Shown: piece by piece, positions 20,220 to 27,392 of the stretch
How the letters are laid out: each line of letters begins with the position of its first letter
Position numbering within the stretch: position 1 is the stretch's first letter
NCBI GenBank assembly: GCA_963842085.1
Contig: CAWJET010000001.1
Span: 1,225,565 to 1,289,564, forward strand
From: an uncultured delta proteobacterium
Lineage (GTDB): Bacteria > Desulfobacterota > Binatia > Binatales > Binataceae
Length of the DNA stretch: 64,000 bases
Direction: 5' to 3'
Notes under the pieces: model-generated
The model's input: the letters and a program-made list of their open reading frames with translations, nothing else
What the model was told of the DNA's origin: nothing
Databases searched by the model: none
Translations under genes and position numbers: made by a program

Positions 20220-20411
20220 CACCTTATAGCTCTCATAGGTCGCTGCGGAGGGGCAACGGCCGCCGTTCGGGCCAAAGCAGCCTCGCGTTGGCTGCCTAAA
20301 GACGATAGGTGGGCATGCAAGCACAGCGGCGGAAGCAGCCGTGGCAACGAACAGGAGAGCGGATATCTCCATCGTCTTTCTCGATAAGTGCGTTTCCCAT
20401 TCAAAGCATTT

Positions 20412-21134
20412 TTAAGACGACCACCCCTGTCGATTGTAGTAGTTGACTACCTGCTGAACGATCTGATCGGTGGTCTTATCCACGAGATAACCGGTTGAAG
20501 AGGTAATGTTCTTGACGCCTCCGGCAGCGAGATTCACCCCCAGCGACGCGGCCGCGGTGGCGCCGCCCGCAGCTGCTCCGGCTGGTCCGGTGATTCCTGC
20601 ACCGGGCATGTATCCGCTGTTAGCGTTCGTAGCGAAGTCAATTATCTCGGTCGAGCCTTGATCGGTCTTTTGAATAACCTGAACTACTGTGTCGACTTTC
20701 GATGCGCCCGCGCCAAGGCCGATCACCATTCGACGTAGCCGGTTTCCTTGGCTGATGTCCGTGAACTGGCCATCCAATATGAGAACATTGTTGCCGGTCG
20801 GAGGCACACCCCGCTGCAGGCAGGTAGTATTGATACCCTTTCCCGTCAGGTTCGCCGCGACCTGGACGCAGATATTATGTGCCGTCTGGCGGGCGATCTC
20901 TTGCTCTTGGGCAGTCTGGTTGTCATCCGTCATGTTTCGGTAGGCTACCTGGAAGATGCTGGAGTTGAGTGAGACATCCGAAACACTTACGGCGAATGGA
21001 TAAACGACCACTGCGGAGGGTGGTGTGGCCGAGATCGGCGCTGCAGAACTCTCTTGTGTCACATGCGCACCCGCGCATCCGAACGTCGCCAAGGCTAACA
21101 GCACATATGTTCGACTAAGAATTTGAAACCTCAT
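20412..21134 (-). CDS. Hypothetical lipoprotein (DUF4410-like?)
   Basis: Lipobox TFGCAG. RBS AAAGAGGAA. Confidence 0.5.
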   Translation of the reverse strand: MRFQILSRTYVLLALATFGCAGAHVTQESSAAPISATPPSAVVVYPFAVSVSDVSLNSSIFQVAYRNMTDDNQTAQEQEIARQTAHNICVQVAANLTGKGINTTCLQRGVPPTGNNVLILDGQFTDISQGNRLRRMVIGLGAGASKVDTVVQVIQKTDQGSTEIIDFATNANSGYMPGAGITGPAGAAAGGATAAASLGVNLAAGGVKNITSSTGYLVDKTTDQIVQQVVNYYNRQGWSS

Positions 21135-21216
21135 GGTATTCCTCTTTTAAGCTGGAGTTGATTCCTTCTAGTCGTTTTCTTGTCCGAGTTTTGCATATTG
21201 AACTGGCTCTCCACAA

Positions 21217-21254
21217 TTGGACTTTGGTCCAATTGGTCCCTGGTCCTACTGGTG
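21217..21254. promoter_or_regulatory. TTGGAC-N4-GTCCAA element plus degenerate GGTCC-N3-GTCCTACTGG half-copy
   Basis: TTGGACTTTGGTCCAA then TTGGTCCCTGGTCCTACTGG, 82 bp upstream of the start at 21134. Upstream context TGTCCGAGTTTTGCATATTGAAC is shared with the site at 21866. Confidence 0.5.
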
Positions 21255-21444
21255 CCACGCTCACTTAGTCTGCTGCAGTGCCGGCGGCTTCTACGACCTG
21301 TCGAGCGCGGTCTTTTGAGGTCAATAGAAACGCATCACCATTGAAATTCTCTTCTGAGCCATCGCCTTCATTCCACTAAAATGGAGACAGCTTGGGCCTG
21401 AATGTCAGGACCATCGCGTCAACTCAGGGCCAGTCGCGCCTCTG

Positions 21445-21768
21445 CTAATTGGCAAAGCCGCTCTGGACGAAGACGCTACCTTTCGGTCCGATTCGGACGC
21501 ATTCGGCCTGGCCGTTATAGTCGGGACTGCAAATGGGCTTGTCGACGGACGGACACTTGTACAAACCCGTGTCGATCTGCTGGCACGTGTTGATATTGAA
21601 ATGTAACTCGGTCTTCGCCAGTGAGGCTTGCTGAGCCGCCGATGGTTCAGACGACGAGCACCCGCCAAGCGCGAGCAGCCCAACAACCGCGATCGTTGAA
21701 ATCGCACGCTTGGTAATTCTTCGACCGTTCGAGACTTGATTCCAATTTAGCACAATAGCACCTCCCAT
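21445..21768 (-). CDS. Small hypothetical lipoprotein
   Basis: 107 aa, lipobox LALGGCSS. Start uncertain. Confidence 0.45.
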   Translation of the reverse strand: MGGAIVLNWNQVSNGRRITKRAISTIAVVGLLALGGCSSSEPSAAQQASLAKTELHFNINTCQQIDTGLYKCPSVDKPICSPDYNGQAECVRIGPKGSVFVQSGFAN

Positions 21769-21902
21769 CAGTTGATCTGTGTATCAGGACTGCGCGGCAG
21801 ACTTTTCCTTCAGTTGTAGAATACGATTCCATATTTCCTGTGCCGGTAATCCATATCCTCTTCACTGTCCGAGTTTTTGGCAGATTGAACCGCGCAAAAC
21901 AA

Positions 21903-21940
21903 TTGGACTTTGGTCCATTGGACCTTGGTCCTATTGGTCC
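21903..21940. promoter_or_regulatory. Tandem overlapping TTGGAC-N4-GTCCWW elements
   Basis: TTGGACTTTGGTCCATTGGACCTTGGTCCTATTGGTCC, preceded by the shared context TGTCCGAGTTTTTGGCAGATTGAAC. Confidence 0.5.
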
Positions 21941-22236
21941 CCGTATCTGTGATTCTCTCGGTCGTGTTCTTCTTGATCGCAGATATAGACACCCCACGTG
22001 AAGCTCGCTCAATCGCATTGGCAGCGAAAACACGGGGTAGGCCATTCCGGCTCCCATCGCCGCTCGCTTCTAATGTCCTTCTAACCAGATTGAATTTGAC
22101 CATTTCCGGGGAAAGATAGTCGACCGGTTTGACTGATGCGAATCGATTCGTAATGAAAAATGGAAAGTGGGTTGTAGAGAGGGAAAACCATTAGTCCGGT
22201 CCACCATTTGTCCCTCGCGCGCCTGTCTGCTAAATC

Positions 22237-22530
22237 ATGGGCATGAACCCCCTCCACGCCACCGCGCTCGCGCTCGTGGGCTGGTATTTGATGGTGCCAC
22301 CTCTCGAACGATTCCCTAATGGGTGGGAGGCTTTCGACTTCAACGCACCGCTGAGTCAATGGGATCGCTGGGATTCCTATTATACTGCGCGCGAATGTTC
22401 GGATGTTGATCGGAATTTAATTGAGAGAAGCCAGAGCATTCTTCATATTGATCCGCAAAACGAAGCAGCGAACGCGTATTTACAAGCGCGATGCATGGCG
22501 AGCGACGATCCGCGCCTCAAGGAAGAATAA
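22237..22530 (+). CDS. Small hypothetical protein
   Basis: 97 aa ORF, weak RBS, N-terminal hydrophobic stretch. Confidence 0.3.
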   Translation: MGMNPLHATALALVGWYLMVPPLERFPNGWEAFDFNAPLSQWDRWDSYYTARECSDVDRNLIERSQSILHIDPQNEAANAYLQARCMASDDPRLKEE

Positions 22531-23312
22531 TTGAGCTAATTTAGCTCAATTTTGCATAATTCCAAATTTATTTGGGACATCCCCTCTCTCTGTTACTTAG
22601 GCCAGTCAGTTGCGATTTAGGACAGTGCCAGCTTGGGACGAAGCCTTGAACGAAAGAGACCGAGCGCCCTTTCGGGCCTAGTCCCTGTCTGTGGATTCCA
22701 AACCCCCGGTATCGTTCAAGGGAAGGCTGGGTGCTCCGCGGCCCTTCCAAATCGGCGCTCAAACTCTCAGGGCTCTCGAAGGATTGTTAATCCTCCGCGT
22801 GCTCACGGGCTAAACCACCCGCGAAGGGTGCCACCCGTCCCCGGATTGCCCGCAAACACCGCGTGACGAGAAGGCATCCTGGACCGAAGTCCGGCACTCC
22901 GCCGTCCTCAGCCGGCGTTTGAAGTCAGCGGTTCTTCAAGCCTGATGTCGCGTGCCGCAATTAACTTTACGGTGCATAATGATTTTCTCAAGTGCAGACG
23001 CGGCCAAAATGATCCAACAATCAAGACCGATTTGGGAGACACAACACTAGTTTGCCGTCTTCGACGTATAGCGCCTGAGCGCTCGTCGTTAAGAATCGAT
23101 CGCGAATCACACCGGAGGTTTGCCCACCGCGGCGAGGCTGGTGATAGCCGATGACGAGCTTGTTGCGGCGGGCGGAGCGGAGGTACCACGCAGCGCGTGG
23201 CGTCGACGGCGGCCATCGACGCAGCCTGTTGGCAGAACGTTATAGCCCGAGTTCCCAGATGGTCTGGGGCGCAAGGTTCCATGATTCGGGCTTTCATGCT
23301 ACATAGCTATAT

Positions 23313-23636
23313 ATGCGAACACTGGGACGGTTCATCGTTGAGCGGCGCAAGGAGCTTGGACTGGCCGGACGCGAGGTGGTGGCGGAGGTGCGCAACTCCG
23401 ATGGCAAGCCGATCTCGATTCCGTTCCTGGTCGACCTCGAACACGACCGCCGCAAGCCTTCCGACGAAGTGCTTGAACAACTCGCCAAGGTTCTCAAGGT
23501 CGATTCGGATGTGCTCTACTTTTTGGCAGGGCGGTTTCCCGCCGACCTCAGCGCGACGACCGTCAACAGTGCGCAGGAACTCGCGGCTGGCTGGAAGGCG
23601 TTTCGCCGAGAAGTTAAGCGCAAGAAGCGGCCGTGA
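23313..23636 (+). CDS. XRE-family HTH transcriptional regulator (ImmR-like)
   Basis: 107 aa. HTH ..RRKELGLAGREVVAEV... Stop overlaps the downstream start (ATGA). Confidence 0.75.
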   Translation: MRTLGRFIVERRKELGLAGREVVAEVRNSDGKPISIPFLVDLEHDRRKPSDEVLEQLAKVLKVDSDVLYFLAGRFPADLSATTVNSAQELAAGWKAFRREVKRKKRP

Positions 23637-24298
23637 AGATGATACCGGACAGGACCCGACGCTTCCCGGAGCGTCCGCACTGGGAGATCCGGGAGCTCGA
23701 GCAGATGTGCGAGGAGAGGATCACCACCTTTCTGCGCCTGCACTTCGGGTTTGAGCGCATCCCGGTTCCGACCGAGGCGGTCACGATGTTGATCGAGCGT
23801 GACGCCGCCGACCTCGACCTGGCAACGAATCTTTCCGACGACATCCACGAGGTCTTTGGGTTCACCCAGTTCGAGCGCGGCCGAAAGCCGCGGGTCGCAA
23901 TCGCGCGCGAACTGTGGGAGCAACGGCATCGCAACAATCGGTTGCGTACAACCCTGACCCACGAATATGGCCACGTGATGCTCCACACCTGGCTGTACGA
24001 CAAGTACGGCGTTGCCGGCGGTCCGCATCGCTGTTACTGGCAGAGCCTGCTTCCAACCGAGCGGGTGTTCGACTGGTTTGAGTGGCAGGCGGGCTACGCC
24101 TCAGGTGCCTTGCTGATGCCGGAGAGCTTTGCGCGGCGCACGGTCGAGGCGTATTTCCAGAATCGATCCGAGCGTCCGCCGGTGGCCAAGGAATCGCCGG
24201 AAGCGTCAGTGCTCTGCCAGCGTATCTCCCTCGCGTTCGATGTATCCGTCGAGGCCGCCACCGTGCGGCTCTCCCAGCTCGGCTATCTGACCGCGTAG
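23633..24298 (+). CDS. ImmA/IrrE-family zinc metallopeptidase (DUF955)
   Basis: 221 aa. HExxH motif HEYGHVMLH. Classic pairing with an XRE regulator (COG2856). Confidence 0.8.
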   Translation: MKMIPDRTRRFPERPHWEIRELEQMCEERITTFLRLHFGFERIPVPTEAVTMLIERDAADLDLATNLSDDIHEVFGFTQFERGRKPRVAIARELWEQRHRNNRLRTTLTHEYGHVMLHTWLYDKYGVAGGPHRCYWQSLLPTERVFDWFEWQAGYASGALLMPESFARRTVEAYFQNRSERPPVAKESPEASVLCQRISLAFDVSVEAATVRLSQLGYLTA

Positions 24299-24411
24299 CC
24301 TGCCAACCAAACCCTCGACCTTTTCGTCCAGACCGATCTTCCCACTTGACACTCGCGCCGTGTATCGCTACATAGCGAGTTAGTCATGTAGCCAAGGGCT
24401 CCACAGTTCCC

Positions 24412-24741
24412 ATGATCCCAATCGCAGTAAAGCAAGCACCGAAGTCGAACCTCCGATGGCGCATCGCCGCCTGCGCCGCGGTCCTCCTCGCGCTTCATGC
24501 CGCGCCGTCGTCGGCCGCACAATACGCCGATGTCCTGCCTTGGGATCAGACGCTCGGCGCGCTTCAGGACATCCTTATCGGTCCCGTGGCTCACGCAGTA
24601 ATAGCGCTGAACTTCACGTTGTCGGCGATCCTGTACGCGGTCGGCAGCCATCAGCGAGCAGGCCGCTTATTGGCTGGCGGATTGGCAGCTTACGCCGCGC
24701 TGATTGCTGTTCACTTGCTGACTTTTCTCTTGCCCTTTTGA
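24412..24741 (+). CDS. TrbC/VirB2-like small membrane protein (putative conjugative pilin)
   Basis: 109 aa. Signal peptide plus two TM segments. ..LQDILIGPVAHAVIALNFTLSAILYA.. resembles TrbC. Confidence 0.4.
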   Translation: MIPIAVKQAPKSNLRWRIAACAAVLLALHAAPSSAAQYADVLPWDQTLGALQDILIGPVAHAVIALNFTLSAILYAVGSHQRAGRLLAGGLAAYAALIAVHLLTFLLPF

Positions 24742-24778
24742 GCAGTCCATTCCAAACGACCATTGGTGGAGGTCCGAT

Positions 24779-25054
24779 ATGAAACTCGCACGCATCGCAA
24801 AGCCGCTTCGTTCCCTACAGATGCGCGTGACGCTGCCCGGCGACCTGAACGCCGCGCTCGAGAGCTACGCGCGCTATTACGAACACGTTCACCGCGAGGC
24901 CGTGGATTCGAAGGCGCTGATTCCGGAGATTCTCAGTGCCTTCCTCGACGCCGACCGTGAGTTCCAGTCGTGGTCGCGCTCTGGCGCTCACAGTCAGCAG
25001 CGCCACGCCCGAACCGCGTTTTCGACCAACGGCAGCACCAAGGCACAACGGTGA
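24779..25054 (+). CDS. DUF2274-like small protein (mobile-element associated)
   Basis: ..MRVTLPGDLNAALESYARYY..ALIPEILSAFLDADREF.. pattern, as seen in proteins upstream of traG in integrative elements. Confidence 0.4.
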   Translation: MKLARIAKPLRSLQMRVTLPGDLNAALESYARYYEHVHREAVDSKALIPEILSAFLDADREFQSWSRSGAHSQQRHARTAFSTNGSTKAQR

Positions 25055-25251
25055 CTGCCTTCAACGCCAGCACCTATGCCGTGCTTCGCACGTGTCTGCA
25101 ATTGACACGTCACTCATCGCCTGGATGAACGCGAATCGTGCAAGTGCCCGTAAACATTGCGCAGACGCTGTCTACAGCAACACGCGTGAAGCAGGCTAAG
25201 TCCCCGCCAAATCAGCGTAAACACCCGTCTACAGCACCCTTTGGAGAATCA

Positions 25252-25599
25252 GACATGAGCACCCGATCGATCTCAACCCGAGTCCCGCAGGAAATCGCCG
25301 ATCACCTCGCGGCCGAAGCGCGCCGCCGAAGCGTCACCGAGAGCGATCTCATCCGCGAGATTCTCGCCGTGCGCTATCTCGCCGCCGGTCCATCACAGAT
25401 GGAACCTCAGCCACACAGCCAACCGTTGGACGGGTACGCGCAGCTCATCTTCGAGATCGCCAAGACCCGTTCCGTCGTTCTGCATTCGCTCGACCACACG
25501 CTGGGAGCGGACGTGGTCGACGAGATCATCGAGGCCTCCGAGCAGACCGCAAGAGAACACGTCGCGCAGGTGCTCAAGAGCAAGGAGATCCAGTCATGA
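25252..25599 (+). CDS. Ribbon-helix-helix (CopG-like) protein, possible relaxosome/regulatory accessory
   Basis: Start at MSTRSISTRVPQEIADHLAAEARRRSVTESDLIREIL preceded by GGAGAA. Confidence 0.5.
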   Translation, partial: DMSTRSISTRVPQEIADHLAAEARRRSVTESDLIREILAVRYLAAGPSQMEPQPHSQPLDGYAQLIFEIAKTRSVVLHSLDHTLGADVVDEIIEASEQTAREHVAQVLKSKEIQS

Positions 25600-27389
25600 C
25601 GCCCGCCATCCGTCAGGCAATTCACGAACACACTCTCCTTGCTTCGCTGGAGTTCAGACTCAGAGAGGCGCTCCGCTACCTCCTTCTGACTGCGGTGATT
25701 TGGGTCGAGATGACAGTGTGCCTCGTCTGGCACTGGACCGGACATTATGGTGGCCCCGCCGCGCACCGCTATTTCATTCGCTGGTTTCTGGCGTGGTTCC
25801 TGACTCAGGAAATTCCGCTGACCTTCGCGTCGCTCCCCTACCGCGGCGGGCGCTACACCATCACCAGCATGTACGCCTTTCTCAATTACAAGTATTACCT
25901 CGGCGGCTCGTTCGCTTCATGGTATTGGCATTACGCCCCCTGGGGCGCGGTACTCACCGGTCTGATCGAGGCAGCGTGCATCGCCGTTCTCTTCCTGCGG
26001 CTGGGTCCATCAGAAGCCAGACATATTCGCGGCATCACTCTGGTTTCGGCGCGCAAACTCGCCCGCAAGCTGGGCAGCCGCGCGGGCATTCAGCTGGCCG
26101 GCATTCGGATACCGCGCGCGCTGGAGTGCCAACACTTTCTCATCGCCGGCTCGACCGGCTCCGGCAAGTCGGTCGCGATACGTTCGCTGCTGCGACAGAT
26201 CAAGGAGCGGGGAGAGACCGCGGTCGTCGTGGACCCGGAGTGCGAGTTCGTCGCGGAGTTCTACCAGCCCGGTCGCGGCGACTTCATCCTGAATCCGCTC
26301 GACGCCCGCTGCCCACGCTGGTCACCTTTGTATGAGCTCCGCGATGAGAGTCACGACGCAGACTGCGAGGCGCTAGCCGCCTCGCTGCTCCCTGATCCAC
26401 CCGATGCTTACCACGAGGGTGGGGCGAGCTTCTTCTTCCGTCAGAGCAGCCGGACGCTGCTGACGAGCATCTTCCGCATAGCCGAGCCCAAGGAAGCCGC
26501 GTCGATCCCGCGCCTGCTGACCCTGCCGCGAGCTGATCTCAGACGGGCGCTGGCAGGGACGCCAGCCGAAGCGCTCATCGATCCCGGAGCGCACGAGCAG
26601 GGTGCCGGCATAGTCGCCACCGCCGCGAATGCGACCAAGTCGTTCCAGTACCTGCCCGTGCAGGCGCCGCGAACTTGGAGCGCACTGGAGTGGTCGGCGC
26701 AGCGCAACGGCTGGCTCTTCCTGACTTCGTCGGAGGAGTCAAAGGACGCTGCGCTTCAGCTGCAGAGCGTGTGGCTCGATTGCATCATCCATCGGCTGAT
26801 GAGCGGCGAAGTTGGGCCGCGCCGACGTGAACAGGTCTGGATAGTAGCCGACGAGCTTGCGGTGCTGAGACGGCAGGCGAAGCTCGAGGATCTGGTCGTC
26901 CGCGGGCGTAAGCGCGGCCTCGCGGTCGTGCTTGGCTTTCAGGCCATCACCCAATTGCGAACGATTTACGGCGCCAACCAGGCCGCCACACTGGTCGCCT
27001 CGCCCGCCACCAAGCTGATTCTGAGAACCGGAGAGCCTGAGACGGCGCAATGGTGCAGCGCGCAGATCGGCGAGCACGAGGTTGAGCGCGGCCATCTGAG
27101 CGCTAACGCGAGCCATGGAGAGCGATACTCGTTCGGTATTCGCGAACAGCGAACGACCGAACCCGCGGTGATGCCCGCCGAGATGCAGCTGCTCCAGCCG
27201 CTGTCGGGCTACCTCTGCATCACAGGTCATCACCGCTCGTTCGTGCGCTTCGACTATCTTGCGCCCGAAGTCCGACAGGAAGGTTTCATCCCGCGCGTCA
27301 ATCTGCCTGCGCCGGTGAAGCCAGCGCGACGGGCGCAGGTGATCCCGCTGCATTCCGCAGCGGCGAGCAAACGAAGGGAACGGATCTGA
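25596..27389 (+). CDS. Type IV secretion coupling protein (VirD4/TraG/TraD family)
   Basis: 597 aa. N-terminal TM helices. Walker A GSTGSGKS. Start overlaps the upstream stop. Confidence 0.85.
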   Translation: MTPAIRQAIHEHTLLASLEFRLREALRYLLLTAVIWVEMTVCLVWHWTGHYGGPAAHRYFIRWFLAWFLTQEIPLTFASLPYRGGRYTITSMYAFLNYKYYLGGSFASWYWHYAPWGAVLTGLIEAACIAVLFLRLGPSEARHIRGITLVSARKLARKLGSRAGIQLAGIRIPRALECQHFLIAGSTGSGKSVAIRSLLRQIKERGETAVVVDPECEFVAEFYQPGRGDFILNPLDARCPRWSPLYELRDESHDADCEALAASLLPDPPDAYHEGGASFFFRQSSRTLLTSIFRIAEPKEAASIPRLLTLPRADLRRALAGTPAEALIDPGAHEQGAGIVATAANATKSFQYLPVQAPRTWSALEWSAQRNGWLFLTSSEESKDAALQLQSVWLDCIIHRLMSGEVGPRRREQVWIVADELAVLRRQAKLEDLVVRGRKRGLAVVLGFQAITQLRTIYGANQAATLVASPATKLILRTGEPETAQWCSAQIGEHEVERGHLSANASHGERYSFGIREQRTTEPAVMPAEMQLLQPLSGYLCITGHHRSFVRFDYLAPEVRQEGFIPRVNLPAPVKPARRAQVIPLHSAAASKRRERI

Positions 27390-27392
27390 GCC

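Noticed and set aside
21810-22103. 97-aa minus-strand ORF spanning the tandem dyad elements
   Set aside because: Its sequence (..TKVQWTKVQ..) is the dyad translated. No RBS and no coding signature.
22560-22930. tmRNA (ssrA) or RNase P RNA in the ORF-free region
   Set aside because: Neither strand shows the tRNA-like tmRNA 3' end, a tag-peptide reading frame, or the RNase P conserved blocks (GGAAAGUCCGGGCUCC, GGUAAGAGCGCACC, ACAGAACCCGGCUUA). Only generic hairpins are present.
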